The notes beneath the pieces were generated by a model, which saw nothing but the letters and a program-made list of their open reading frames with translations, searched no databases and was not told where the DNA came from. Shown one piece after another: positions 1 through 9,629 of a stretch of DNA of 64,000 nt. Both the position numbers and the translations under genes were made by a program. Each line of letters opens with the position of its first letter. The stretch's first letter is position 1. Origin of the DNA: Pseudomonadota bacterium (GTDB lineage: Bacteria > Bdellovibrionota_G > JALEGL01 > DATDPG01); the NCBI GenBank assembly GCA_043809315.1, contig JAZDDX010000035.1, forward strand, positions 31,921-95,920, in the 5' to 3' direction.

Positions 1-731
1 GCGCACGGGGTAGGGCTGGGGACCGGGGTCGCATCCGGATCGATCGGAGGATCGTCAGGTTCCGGAGTTTCGGTCGGAGGCTCGGCGGGATCGTCCTCAT
101 CGGGAGTCTCGGTCGTATTCGGGGTCGGTTCCGGGGTGTCGGTCGCGCAGGCGTTCAGGAGCGGAGGGGACGGCGTCAGGTCGTACCTCACCTCGTCCGA
201 ACCGCAGAATGCCCCGGTTCGATAGTGGATCTCGAACCCGTCGACGTCGGCCAGAACGGTCTCGGAAGAGAGAACGGTGCCGTCCTGTGCGACCGCCTCC
301 CGCTCGATCGTCTTCATGATCGATTTGTCCAGCGGGTTCTTTTTCGACTGGTAGAAATAGGTTACAAAAATCGGGGTCCCATCGACAGGGGCTTTCGGGT
401 CGAGATACGCCCCCTGGATCGTGATCATCTGGGAGTCGCTGCGGAAGATGCGGGTGGAGGCCCCCGACCCGATCGTCTTGTTCACAACCAACAGATCGGT
501 ATCGTCCAACGGCGCCTTACCCCGCTGGAATCCGGCCGCCTCGATATCTCTTGAGATCCGAACCTGCGCACGAAGCGAATCCTGGTCGGTCTTCAAGCGT
601 ATCCCCTGCTGCTGCACGCTCTTGACCTGTCCCTGGAGAATATAAAAGGCGGAGGCGGCAATCAGGGCCGCTAACACGGCGGAAATCATGAGTTCTACGA
701 TGGAAAAGCCGGAAAGGGATGGGCGGCGCAT
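1..731 (-). CDS. Type IV pilin-like protein (prepilin N-terminal cleavage/methylation domain); C-terminus runs off the window start (partial)
   Basis: Reverse-strand ATG at 731..729 gives MRRPSLSGFSIVELMISAVLAALIA..., the classic G|FS(I/L)VELM prepilin motif followed by a hydrophobic helix. The frame stays open to position 1, so it is absent from the ORF track (no stop inside the window). The distal part is Pro/Thr/Glu/Asp-rich (TPEPTPNTTETPDEDDPAEPPTETPEPDDPP). Confidence 0.55.
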   Translation of the reverse strand, partial: MRRPSLSGFSIVELMISAVLAALIAASAFYILQGQVKSVQQQGIRLKTDQDSLRAQVRISRDIEAAGFQRGKAPLDDTDLLVVNKTIGSGASTRIFRSDSQMITIQGAYLDPKAPVDGTPIFVTYFYQSKKNPLDKSIMKTIEREAVAQDGTVLSSETVLADVDGFEIHYRTGAFCGSDEVRYDLTPSPPLLNACATDTPEPTPNTTETPDEDDPAEPPTETPEPDDPPIDPDATPVPSPTPC

Positions 732-742
732 GCGGGGCTCCG

Positions 743-1657
743 CTATTCTACCACAGAGTCGGGCCGCCCCGGGTTGAGTTTCTGGAACTCCTCGATCAAT
801 TCCTTGGAGCGCGAATCCAGCTTTTTCGGAACGGCGACCTGGATTCGAACGTATTGGTCCCCGCGGCCCCCATCGCGGCGGTAGACCCCTTTCCCTCTCA
901 GGCGCAGCTTCCGCCCGCTCGACGTCCCGGCCGGGAGCTCCACCTTCGACGTCCCGTCAATCGTCGGAACCTCGATGGTTCCCCCTAAGACAGCTTCGGG
1001 AATCGTAACGGGTGCATCCATCTCGATGTCGTCCCCTTCCCGCCGGAATTGCCTGTGCGGCTTCACCGTAATCGCAAGAAGGGTGTCCCCCTTGCGTTTC
1101 CCTTTTCCCGCCAGACGGATCGTCTGGCCGCTTTCGATCCCAGCCGGAACCCTGATCCGTTTCCGACCGCCGTCGATCGAAACCTCCACTTCACCACCGC
1201 GAACGGCGGTCAGGAAATCGACCTCCAGCTGGTACGTTTCCGCCTGGGGAACCCTCTCCTGCTGCGGGAACCCCTGAAAGCCGCCCCCACCGCCAAACAG
1301 GGATCCGAAGATATCCTCCAGCCCTCCCATGTCGAGGTTGAAATCGCCGCCGCGGCCGGAGAAGTGATAGACCCGCTGCCCGGAGCGGGGGCGAAACCCG
1401 CCGCCGAAAAACTGCGAGAAGTCGAACCCCGAGTCGAACCCGTCCGGCCCCACGGCGTCGTACTGCTTCCGTTTCTGCGGGTCGCTTAAGACCGCGTACG
1501 CCTCGGTGATCTCTTTGAATTTGTCCTCCGCCCCCTTGTTCCCGGGATTAATGTCGGGGTGGTACTGCTTCGCCAGCTTGCGATACGCCTTCTTGATCTC
1601 CCCTTCGCCGGCCGATTGGTCGACGCCTAAGATCTTATAAAAGTCTTTGCCGGGCAC
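743..1657 (-). CDS. cbpA: J-domain co-chaperone, CbpA-like (DnaJ homolog without zinc-finger domain)
   Basis: N-terminal J domain (DFYKILGV...KKAYRKLAKQYHPD), G/F-rich linker and DnaJ C-terminal domains. No CxxCxGxG repeats, so CbpA-type rather than DnaJ proper. Confidence 0.6.
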   Translation of the reverse strand: MPGKDFYKILGVDQSAGEGEIKKAYRKLAKQYHPDINPGNKGAEDKFKEITEAYAVLSDPQKRKQYDAVGPDGFDSGFDFSQFFGGGFRPRSGQRVYHFSGRGGDFNLDMGGLEDIFGSLFGGGGGFQGFPQQERVPQAETYQLEVDFLTAVRGGEVEVSIDGGRKRIRVPAGIESGQTIRLAGKGKRKGDTLLAITVKPHRQFRREGDDIEMDAPVTIPEAVLGGTIEVPTIDGTSKVELPAGTSSGRKLRLRGKGVYRRDGGRGDQYVRIQVAVPKKLDSRSKELIEEFQKLNPGRPDSVVE

Positions 1658-2546
1658 GCTTCGAGCTCTTTCGTTCGGCGATCTCCGCCACGTGCTCCAG
1701 GATCGCGCGGGCGACGTTGACGCCGGTCGCCGCTTCGACCCCCTCGAGCCCCGGGGAGGAGTTCACCTCGATCACTTTAGGTCCGCTGTACGACTCGAGC
1801 AAGTCCACGCCGGCCACGTCGAGCCCGACGATCCTCGCCGCCTGTTTCGCCGCCCGTTCGTAGGGGTCGGTCAGTTTCGCCGTCGTCCCGATCCCGCCTC
1901 GGTGAATGTTCGAGCGAAACTCTCCGATCCTCGCCTGGCGTCGCATCGCCGCCACGACCCGGCCTCCGACGACGATCACCCGGATGTCCCGGCCGACCGA
2001 CTCCTTCACGCACTCCTGGATCAGAATGTCCTGCCCCAGGCTCCAGAGCGTGTCGATCGTCGATTCGATCGTCTGCATCTTCTCCGCCAGCATCACCCCG
2101 ATCCCCTGCGTCCCGCTGATCAGTTTCAGGATCACCGGGAACCCTCCGACCATCCGGACGGCGCCCTCCAGTTCATCCGGCCGCCGGATGATCACCGTCC
2201 GGGGGATGTCGATGTCGTATCGGGTCATCAATTGCAGGCAGCGGAGTTTATTCCGGGTGTGCGTGATCGCCGTCGATCCGTTCACCACCGGGGTCCCCCG
2301 CATCTCGAACTGGGCGATCACCGCGAGGCCGTAGTTCGTGATCGAAGCGCCGCTCCGCGGGAGAACGACGTCGACCTCGTTCATGATCTTCCCGCGGTAG
2401 AATAGAAGAGGGGTCTTCCGCCCCAACACGATTTCGTACTCGTTTGGATCGGCGGAATGGACGACCAGCCCGAGTTTTTTCCCCTCCTCCCGGAACCGGC
2501 GGTTGGAGTAGTTCTTGCGGGTTCGGGAGAGGATCCGGACTTTCAT
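1635..2546 (-). CDS. rimK: RimK-family ATP-grasp alpha-L-glutamate ligase
   Basis: Full-length similarity to RimK (MKVRILSR...GASITNYGLAVIAQFE...ATP-grasp motifs). Confidence 0.75.
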   Translation of the reverse strand: MKVRILSRTRKNYSNRRFREEGKKLGLVVHSADPNEYEIVLGRKTPLLFYRGKIMNEVDVVLPRSGASITNYGLAVIAQFEMRGTPVVNGSTAITHTRNKLRCLQLMTRYDIDIPRTVIIRRPDELEGAVRMVGGFPVILKLISGTQGIGVMLAEKMQTIESTIDTLWSLGQDILIQECVKESVGRDIRVIVVGGRVVAAMRRQARIGEFRSNIHRGGIGTTAKLTDPYERAAKQAARIVGLDVAGVDLLESYSGPKVIEVNSSPGLEGVEAATGVNVARAILEHVAEIAERKSSKRARQRLL

Positions 2547-2782
2547 CGATCGACCGACTCCCCTCGGAACGGTTTCTCGACCAACTCCCCTTCGGGGGAT
2601 CGCTCGAGCACCGCCACATCGAACGTGGCCGTCGCGAACTGGTTCCGGAACTCGCGGTAGAGCGCAAGCGCCTCCTCCGCCTTCCGGAGCGTTTCATCGA
2701 TCGAGAGCCCCCCTTCGTGGATCTCCCGGTTCAGCTCCTCGATCCGCTTTGCCGTCAGCCGGATATCTTCGTCACCTGGCAT
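2543..2782 (-). CDS. xseB: Exodeoxyribonuclease VII small subunit
   Basis: 79-aa product MPGDEDIRLTAKRIEELNREIHEGGLSIDETLRKAEEALALYREFRNQF... is typical XseB. It lies directly downstream of xseA, and the ATG at 2782 was verified in the sequence. Confidence 0.8.
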   Translation of the reverse strand: MPGDEDIRLTAKRIEELNREIHEGGLSIDETLRKAEEALALYREFRNQFATATFDVAVLERSPEGELVEKPFRGESVDR

Positions 2783-3996
2783 CCCAGCTCCCCTTCGTGC
2801 AAACGGACTTGAAGTTCCTCCCCACGGCTCACATCCGCGGCGCGGCGGAGGATCCTCCCCTTCCCCGTTCTGATCACGCCGTATCCACGGCTCAAGATCG
2901 CGAGAGGGTTCAAGTGCCCCAACCCTTCCGTCATCTTCTCGAACGTGAAATGAATCGATTTGAGGTTCGCGCCGATCTCGTCGGTCATCTTCTCCGTCAG
3001 GAGATCGAGCATCTGCAAGTGCGAGCGAACCAACGCCTCCGGATCTCGCAGCATCGGGGAACGCAAGAGGGAGCCGAGCCGTTCGGAGGCGACGCTGCGG
3101 ACGTGCGTGATCTCGCGCACGATGTTCCGCATGAGCATCTCCGTTCTTTTTTCGGCCTCCGCCATGTCGGGGACCGCCATCTTCGCCCCTTCGGACGGTG
3201 TCGCGGCCCGGAGGTCGGCGACGAAGTCGGAGATCGTCGTGTCGGTTTGGTGCCCCACGGCTGAGATGACCGGAATGCTGGAAACGGCGATCGCGCGCGC
3301 CACCTTCTCCTCGTTGAACGCCCAGAGGTCTTCGATCGAACCGCCCCCCCGGCCGAGGAGGAGAAGATCGACGCCGTATTTCGGGTCGTTCAGTTCGGTG
3401 ATCGCGGAAGCGATCTCTTCGGCTGCACCTTCCCCCTGGACCTTCACCGGACAGATGAGAACGCGGACGAAACGGCAACGATCTTCCAGAATGTGAAGGA
3501 TGTCGCGGACGGCCGCCCCGGTCGGCGACGTGATGATCCCGATCCGGCGCGGAAACTCGGGAAGCGGTTTCTTCCGGGCGGGGTCGAACAGCCCTTCAGC
3601 TTCGAGTTTCTTCTTGAGCATCTCAAAGCGGAGGTAGAGTTCCCCCGTCCCCCCGATCCGGAGATCCTCGACGATCAGTTGGTAGTTCCCTCCCTGCTCC
3701 CAGAGATCGAGACGGCCGAACGCCAGAAGGCTCGTTCCTTCCGTCAGATCGACGGTCAGCTTCCGGTTCGCGTTTCGAAAATAAACGCAGTTCAAGACCG
3801 CCCCGGAATCTTTGAGGCGGAAATACATGTGCCCCGACTGATTGCGCCCCCGATAGTTGGAAAGCTCCCCCTTCACCCAGAACGGATCGCGGCCGTAGCG
3901 CGCCGTAATCAACGACTTCACTTCCGACGTGAGTTCGCTCACGGTGTAGATCGCCTCGTGCGTTTCTTGCTTCTGCGCGTACTCGAACAGGTCCAC
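2755..3996 (-). CDS. xseA: Exodeoxyribonuclease VII large subunit
   Basis: 413-aa ORF with an OB-fold N-terminus and the XseA catalytic core (GIITSPTGAAVRDIL...GRGGGSIEDLWAFNEE). Confidence 0.9.
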   Translation of the reverse strand: MDLFEYAQKQETHEAIYTVSELTSEVKSLITARYGRDPFWVKGELSNYRGRNQSGHMYFRLKDSGAVLNCVYFRNANRKLTVDLTEGTSLLAFGRLDLWEQGGNYQLIVEDLRIGGTGELYLRFEMLKKKLEAEGLFDPARKKPLPEFPRRIGIITSPTGAAVRDILHILEDRCRFVRVLICPVKVQGEGAAEEIASAITELNDPKYGVDLLLLGRGGGSIEDLWAFNEEKVARAIAVSSIPVISAVGHQTDTTISDFVADLRAATPSEGAKMAVPDMAEAEKRTEMLMRNIVREITHVRSVASERLGSLLRSPMLRDPEALVRSHLQMLDLLTEKMTDEIGANLKSIHFTFEKMTEGLGHLNPLAILSRGYGVIRTGKGRILRRAADVSRGEELQVRLHEGELGCQVTKISG

Positions 3997-4008
3997 GGCG
4001 CAACGAAG

Positions 4009-6165
4009 CTAGACGGGAAGGGGGGGGCGGTCAACTCCGGAACGAAGCTCCTCTTCCGCCGCTTCGATCGTTCTCTTCTCCCGTTCCGCCGCGTCCGGCG
4101 CCTCGAGCGACGGCGTGAACGCCACGGCGCGGTTCCGGCCGGTCCGTTTCGCCCGATAGAGAGCCCGGTCGGCCCGTTCGATCAGCTCCTCCCGCTCCTT
4201 GGCGTCTTCCGGGAACGAGGCGGCTCCGACCGAGACGGTCACACGCAGCGTGAGCCCTTCGTGCTGGAAGCGGCTGCGGGCCACGGCCGCGACGATCCGC
4301 TCCGCCATCCGAAACGCCCCAATCGCCGAGGTGTTGACCAGAATCACGGCGAACTCCTCCCCTCCGTGCCGGCAGACGGCGTCGACTTTGCGCACCTCCC
4401 GGGAGAGAACCCCGGCGACCTCCTTCAGGACGAAATCGCCGACCGGATGCCCGTACTCGTCGTTGAACTTCTTGAAGTGATCGATGTCGATTAAAAGAAG
4501 GGAAGTCGCGCTCGGGTGTCGCCCCGACCGTTCGAGCTCGCGCCCCAACGTCTCCTGGAACGTCCGGTGGTTGAAGAGCCCTGTCAGCCCGTCGGTCGTC
4601 GCCAGCCTCTCGAGGGCCCCGACCATCCGGGCGTTCTTGATCGCGATTGCCGCCTGGGTCGTGACAACCTCGAGCATTTTTCTCTCGTTCCTCGAAAAGA
4701 AATGGTTCTTCTTGGAAGCGAAGAGGACCGCCCCGAGCGGCTCGCCGAGCACCTGCATCGGGATCAGGAAGACCGATTCGAACAGGTTCGGAAGGGGGCG
4801 CCGCCGGTTAAAGAGCGGGGTCTTTCCCTCCCGACTCCGGAAGTCGTTGTACGAGAGGGGGGCCTGGTTCCGGATCACCCAGGAGACGAGCCCCCGTTCT
4901 GGGGCACAGGCGAACGCCTCCCCCAACGACCCCTCCCTTTCCTCGCCGAGGGCAGCCGCCACACGATTCTGATCGCTCTTCGGGTCATGGAGAACGACAA
5001 GACCCAGGTCGTACGGGACGATCCGCCGCGCCGACTGGAGAAGCGTTTCCATCACATCCTCCATTCGCAGGCTCCGGTTGAGGGCGCTGCTGGCGGCGTA
5101 CAGGCTCGTCACCTCCTCTTTGAGATGGAAATAGGCGTGAAGCGTCTCGGAGGTGTCGATCCAGCGGGCCATCTGCGCGGCGATCCGTTCCGCCGTCCCG
5201 AGGTCGGCATCGGAGAATGGGACCGGATCGAGACGATCGAGGATCAGAATCCCTTTCAGGAGTTCGTCGGTTTTGACCGGGATCGCTGCAACCGACCGGA
5301 CCACCGGCGGCCCCTCGTAATAGAGAAGACCCCGCAACTCCCCGCTCGGAGAAGTCAACCGCACCGGCGTCAGCTCACGGAGAACCGCTTTGAAGATCCC
5401 CTGCGCCGGGTAGATCGAACGCCGCGCGAAACGATCGGAACCGGTCTGGTGTTCTTTCAGAAGAAACTTCTCTTCGACCGGATCGTAGAGGAACAGGGCC
5501 GCCGTGTGCCCCTGGAGCGTCCGGTGGACGATCTCGAGAAGGGCTCGGAACCCCCCTTCCCGCTCGGCGATCATGCTGGCCAGGTGTTCCGTCTTCTTGT
5601 CCTCGAACCGCGCCTGCTCCCGGAACTCCTCCGACCCGACGGCGATCATTCCCGCCTCCCGTTCGAACGAGCGGAGACGGTCGGTGATCCCCTCCCTCTT
5701 TTTCCGTTCCTGCGAGCGGAAGAGGACGGCGGTCGCGACGGAAAGGAGCAGCAGGAACGACTCCTGGCCGTTCCAAGCTGAGAAAAGGGAGCGGTAGAGG
5801 AAGTGAAAGAGAAGCAGGAGGGCGAGATGCCGGGCCCGGCAGTGCGCGTAAACGAGGACCAGAAGATACGGGAGGACGAGCCAGGAGAGCCAGGGGAGTC
5901 CGAACCGCAGGCTCCCCTCTCGCGACACGATCTCGACCGCCGCGAGAAGGGCGAACGCCCCCTCGAGCCGGCGCCGTTCTCCGAAGCGCCCTTGCGGGGA
6001 ACGAACTCCCCGGCGGAACGCCAGAAATCCGAGAAGGGAAAGTCCTGCGACGGCGACCGCCGCAAAGAGCGGCCGGTGCGGTGTGAGAAACCGGTCCGAA
6101 ACCAGTAGCAGACTCGCGGAAACCGCGTACGGAAGCCGGGCGACCCCTCTACGCCACGCCATCAC
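4009..6165 (-). CDS. Membrane-anchored GAF-GGDEF diguanylate cyclase
   Basis: N-terminal multi-TM region and a central GAF-like region. The C-terminal GGDEF domain has intact GGEEF and RxxD-type motifs (LFNHRTFQE...RHGGEEFAVIL...RALYRAKRTGRNR). Confidence 0.8.
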   Translation of the reverse strand: MMAWRRGVARLPYAVSASLLLVSDRFLTPHRPLFAAVAVAGLSLLGFLAFRRGVRSPQGRFGERRRLEGAFALLAAVEIVSREGSLRFGLPWLSWLVLPYLLVLVYAHCRARHLALLLLFHFLYRSLFSAWNGQESFLLLLSVATAVLFRSQERKKREGITDRLRSFEREAGMIAVGSEEFREQARFEDKKTEHLASMIAEREGGFRALLEIVHRTLQGHTAALFLYDPVEEKFLLKEHQTGSDRFARRSIYPAQGIFKAVLRELTPVRLTSPSGELRGLLYYEGPPVVRSVAAIPVKTDELLKGILILDRLDPVPFSDADLGTAERIAAQMARWIDTSETLHAYFHLKEEVTSLYAASSALNRSLRMEDVMETLLQSARRIVPYDLGLVVLHDPKSDQNRVAAALGEEREGSLGEAFACAPERGLVSWVIRNQAPLSYNDFRSREGKTPLFNRRRPLPNLFESVFLIPMQVLGEPLGAVLFASKKNHFFSRNERKMLEVVTTQAAIAIKNARMVGALERLATTDGLTGLFNHRTFQETLGRELERSGRHPSATSLLLIDIDHFKKFNDEYGHPVGDFVLKEVAGVLSREVRKVDAVCRHGGEEFAVILVNTSAIGAFRMAERIVAAVARSRFQHEGLTLRVTVSVGAASFPEDAKEREELIERADRALYRAKRTGRNRAVAFTPSLEAPDAAEREKRTIEAAEEELRSGVDRPPLPV

Positions 6166-6485
6166 TTGAAAATATATTGAATCTCGTTCTTCCCCACAAG
6201 GTGCAATTCCTCGCGGGCGTACCGTTCGATCGTGCGGGGATCACCCCGGAACTTCCGGACTTCCGAATCGAGACCGTTCACTTCGGCCGAGAGTTTCCCG
6301 ATCGCCCCGTCGAGCCGCTGACGCTCGCTCCATAGACGATAGCTGGTCAAGAGACCGCGATTGGTGAAGACGGAGGAGAAAGCGAGAAGCCCGAGATACG
6401 CCCAAAACCCCGTCCACCCGATTGAACGCCTGCGTCCGAGCCGGATCTGGATTCGGCGAATCGCCACTTTGAGGAAAACCGGCAC
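6162..6485 (-). CDS. ftsB: Septum formation initiator family protein (FtsB/DivIC-like)
   Basis: 107 aa: short cytoplasmic N-terminus, one TM helix, coiled coil and the C-terminal motif IERYAREELHLVGKNEIQYIF typical of PF04977. It overlaps the downstream GGDEF gene by 4 nt. Confidence 0.65.
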   Translation of the reverse strand: MPVFLKVAIRRIQIRLGRRRSIGWTGFWAYLGLLAFSSVFTNRGLLTSYRLWSERQRLDGAIGKLSAEVNGLDSEVRKFRGDPRTIERYAREELHLVGKNEIQYIFK

Positions 6486-6551
6486 CGCCCTCCATGCTAC
6501 GCAACCTTCGTTCGATTGAAAAGCGGACGACGCCCGGTATCATGATACAAC

Positions 6552-7811
6552 TTGGCATTCCCGATGGCCCCGCGACCGAAAGCCCGAACCGCCGTCGTCC
6601 TCTCTGGGGGGGGAACGCGCGGCGCGTACGAGGCCGGTGTCGTCAACTACATGCGGACGATGCTCCCCCCCGCGCTGGGGAAGAACTTCGCCTTTCAGAT
6701 CTTTTGCGGGTCGAGCGTCGGTGCGATCAACGCGTCCATCATGGTCGCCAACGCCCACGACTCGACGGCGCAGGGGCAGGAGTTGGTCCGCCTCTGGCAG
6801 AACCTCTCGACCGTCGACATCTACCGGAGAGGCCCCGTGACGTTGGGAAAGATGTTGCTCCGGCTCGGCGCCGGGGCGACGGTCCACCTGATCGGGTTGA
6901 AGGGGATCTTCGAGTCGGACGAGCGCCTCTTCGCATTTCACGGCCTGTTCGACACGGCGCCGTTCTTCCAGACGCTCATGAAGAGCTGCTCCTGGGCGAA
7001 CATCACGCGCAACATCGACAGCGGCGTCGTCGACGCCATGGCCGTTTCGGCGACGAACATGGCCACGGGACAGGTCGAACTGTTCCTCCAGAAACGCCCC
7101 GAAGTGCCGCATTCGGAGCGGCTGATGACCCACGTCGGGCGGATCAGCCCCCGGCACGTGATGGCCTCCGCCGCCCTGCCGGTTCTCTTCCCCCCGGTCG
7201 CGATCCACAACATGTATTACAACGACGGCGGCATCCGCCTTTCGACACCGATCGCCCCCGCCGTGAGTCTGGGGGCCACGCAGATCCTGGTGGTGGGGAC
7301 GCGCTTCCAGGCGATGCGCGAGGAGGTCGACACTCAGGCGAAGATGCCGGCGCCGAAACCGCCGTCGTTGGCCGGCGTCCTGGGAAAGTTCTTCCACGCC
7401 GTTCTTCTCGACCGGCTGGAAACGGACAAGGACCAGCTGGAACGGATCAACCGCATTCTCGCGGTCTGCGCGAAACATACGCCGCCCGAGACCTTTCAGC
7501 AGATCTGCGAGGACGCCTTCGTACAGCCGATCGAAACGCTCTACCTGGCCCCCAGCGTCGATATCGCGACGCTCGCCGACGAGACGCTGCGATCGAATTA
7601 CCGGAAGCTGGAAACGTTCGGCGTCATGGAGCGGACGATCCTGCGCCTCCTCGAAATCGACGAGATGAGCGGCAGCGATCTCTTGAGTTATTTCTTGTTC
7701 GAACCGACGTACTTACGGAAGTTGATTGACCTGGGATTTGAGGACGCAAGAGCCAGGCACGACCAGTTGGCGGAGTTCGCGGAGAAGTCGATCCGGGCCG
7801 CGTCCGGTTAG
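6552..7811 (+). CDS. Patatin-like phospholipase
   Basis: GGGTRG oxyanion motif, GSSVG (GxSxG) serine nucleophile and a downstream DGG motif. Confidence 0.8.
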   Translation: MAFPMAPRPKARTAVVLSGGGTRGAYEAGVVNYMRTMLPPALGKNFAFQIFCGSSVGAINASIMVANAHDSTAQGQELVRLWQNLSTVDIYRRGPVTLGKMLLRLGAGATVHLIGLKGIFESDERLFAFHGLFDTAPFFQTLMKSCSWANITRNIDSGVVDAMAVSATNMATGQVELFLQKRPEVPHSERLMTHVGRISPRHVMASAALPVLFPPVAIHNMYYNDGGIRLSTPIAPAVSLGATQILVVGTRFQAMREEVDTQAKMPAPKPPSLAGVLGKFFHAVLLDRLETDKDQLERINRILAVCAKHTPPETFQQICEDAFVQPIETLYLAPSVDIATLADETLRSNYRKLETFGVMERTILRLLEIDEMSGSDLLSYFLFEPTYLRKLIDLGFEDARARHDQLAEFAEKSIRAASG

Positions 7812-8227
7812 CGCTCCGGCTCGACCTTCGTCGCCATCCCGACGTTCTCGAACCCGACACGGCGGACTACATCGATCACGGAGACGACGCTCCCGTGGAG
7901 GGCGCTCTTGTCGGCGCGGATCACGACTGGGAACTTCTTCCGCCGCTCCGCCGAGACCTGTTCCAGCTCCGTTTGAAGAGCTTCGTGGCTCACCCGGTGG
8001 TTGTTGACCGAGATCTCCCCTTTCGAGCTGACCGAGATCAGGACCTGCTTCGCATCCGCCACCCCCAACCGTTGTGAGGTCTCAGGAAGCTCTACGAAGA
8101 ATACCGAGTCGGCCCCGAACGTCGTAGCGACCAGAAAGAAGACCAGGATGTTCAGAAAAAGGTCGATCAGGGGAACGACGGAAATCTCCGCCACCCTTTG
8201 ATGCGCCCGATCCCGTCCGAACTTCAC
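7808..8227 (-). CDS. exbD: ExbD/TolR biopolymer transport protein
   Basis: 139 aa, one TM segment, ExbD/TolR family similarity. Immediately downstream of the exbB-like gene. Confidence 0.8.
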   Translation of the reverse strand: MKFGRDRAHQRVAEISVVPLIDLFLNILVFFLVATTFGADSVFFVELPETSQRLGVADAKQVLISVSSKGEISVNNHRVSHEALQTELEQVSAERRKKFPVVIRADKSALHGSVVSVIDVVRRVGFENVGMATKVEPER

Positions 8228-8228
8228 G

Positions 8229-8849
8229 TCAATCCTTCAGAAGATTTAAGACCATCTGTGCGAACTCTTCCATCTCGAGAATGAACCCGTCGACTTTGCG
8301 CAGGAACACCCGCTGGGCAATCAGGGCCGGGATCCCGACCACCAACCCGCCCGCGGTGTTGAGGAGGGCTTCCGCGATCCCACCGGAAAGCGCGAGCGGA
8401 TCGCCGACGCCGATCACCCGGATCACACCGAACGTTCGGATCATTCCGGTCACCGTTCCCAGGAGCCCTAGGAGCGGGCCGACCGCCGCGAGAGTCCCGA
8501 GTAGATCAAGATTCTTGTCCAGCCGGCTCACCTCCCGCCGCCCGGCCAATTCGAGCGTCTCGCGGATCTCCGGCCTTCCTTTGGCCGAGACGGCCAAACC
8601 GGCCGAAAGGACCCTGGCCAACGGGATTTCGCTGGTACGGCAGAGGGTCGCGATTGCGGAGAACTTCTTCTCCTTGGAGAGCGCTTCGACCTCGGAGAGG
8701 AACTTTTCCGGCATCACTTTCGTCCGACGCAGCGACACCCACCGCTCGATGACGAGCGCCAGGCAAACCACCGACGCCAGCGAGATGAGGAGCATGACGG
8801 GCCCCCCGTGGGAGAGGTATTGGTATGTGCGGACTACGCTGTCAATCAT
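8229..8849 (-). CDS. exbB: MotA/TolQ/ExbB proton-channel protein
   Basis: 206 aa, three TM helices, conserved TolQ/ExbB C-terminal region (GLLGTVTGMIRTF...GGIAEALLNTAGGLVVGIPA). Confidence 0.8.
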   Translation of the reverse strand: MIDSVVRTYQYLSHGGPVMLLISLASVVCLALVIERWVSLRRTKVMPEKFLSEVEALSKEKKFSAIATLCRTSEIPLARVLSAGLAVSAKGRPEIRETLELAGRREVSRLDKNLDLLGTLAAVGPLLGLLGTVTGMIRTFGVIRVIGVGDPLALSGGIAEALLNTAGGLVVGIPALIAQRVFLRKVDGFILEMEEFAQMVLNLLKD

Positions 8850-9629
8850 CTATTCCTTCCAGTTCGGTTTCCGTTTTTCGAGAAACGCCCCCATCCCCTC
8901 TTTCTGATCGGGGTGGGCAAAGCATTTTGCGAACGCCTCTTTCTCGACCTCACAGCCTCGCTTCAAATCGGCATTCATCCCCTCCCGGAACGCCAGCTTC
9001 GATCTGCGGACCGCCTCCGGTCCTTTGCTTGCGATCGTCTTCGCGATTTCGGTGACTTTTGGAATCAGCTCGTTCGGAGGGAAAACTTTCGCCACCAAGC
9101 CGATCCGCTCCGCCTCCAGGGCGTCGATCATCCCGCCGGTGTAAACCATCTCGCGGGCCTTCATCGGGCCGACCAGCTTCCAGAGACGCTGCGTCCCGCC
9201 GAATCCGGGTGTGATCCCCAACCCCACTTCCGGTTGCCCGAACTTCGCTTTCTCGGAGGCGTAGATCAGATCGCACCCCATCGCGAACTCGCACCCCCCT
9301 CCCAGGGCGAAGCCGTTCACCGCCGCGATCGTGATCTGCGGCATCGATTCCAGCTCGAAAAGGATCCCCTGCCCCGTCGCCGCGAACTCGCGCGCCTGTG
9401 CTTCATTCATCGGCTTCATCTCGGAGATGTCGGCCCCGGCGATGAACGCCTTCTCCCCCGCCCCGGTCACGATGACGACTGCGATATCTTTCTGCGAGGC
9501 GATCTCCCGGATTGCCGCGCGAAACGCCCTCAGGACTTCGCCGTTTAGCGCATTCAACGCTTCAGGACGGTTGAACGTGACCGTCGCGATCCGGTCCGAT
9601 CTTGAAATTTCAACGAGTGCCATATTCAA
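8850..9629 (-). CDS. crt: Enoyl-CoA hydratase (crotonase family)
   Basis: Crotonase fold with the catalytic Glu pair context ([48 protein letters not shown]). Confidence 0.85.
   Translation of the reverse strand: MNMALVEISRSDRIATVTFNRPEALNALNGEVLRAFRAAIREIASQKDIAVVIVTGAGEKAFIAGADISEMKPMNEAQAREFAATGQGILFELESMPQITIAAVNGFALGGGCEFAMGCDLIYASEKAKFGQPEVGLGITPGFGGTQRLWKLVGPMKAREMVYTGGMIDALEAERIGLVAKVFPPNELIPKVTEIAKTIASKGPEAVRRSKLAFREGMNADLKRGCEVEKEAFAKCFAHPDQKEGMGAFLEKRKPNWKE

Noticed and set aside
743-1657. Calling the J-domain protein DnaJ proper
   Set aside because: It lacks the four CxxCxGxG zinc-finger repeats. That makes it CbpA-type, not DnaJ.
1647-2405. Large antisense or overlapping ORFs (e.g. 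1647..2405+, 2515..3264+, 4516..5781+, 6540..7478-, 9331..10701+, 20877.. upstream part, 22645..24045+, 29455..30837+, 31544..33043+, 34880..35677+, 36310..37278+, 40887..41849-, 44022..45650+)
   Set aside because: These are typical high-GC shadow ORFs. Their Arg/Pro/Gly-rich low-complexity translations show no domain signatures, and they lie opposite or out of frame to well-supported genes.
6552-7811. Patatin phospholipase as a CBASS/defence effector
   Set aside because: No CD-NTase/cyclase, E1/E2-like or other defence gene is adjacent. Its neighbours are ftsB and exbBD, so it is treated as a stand-alone lipase.
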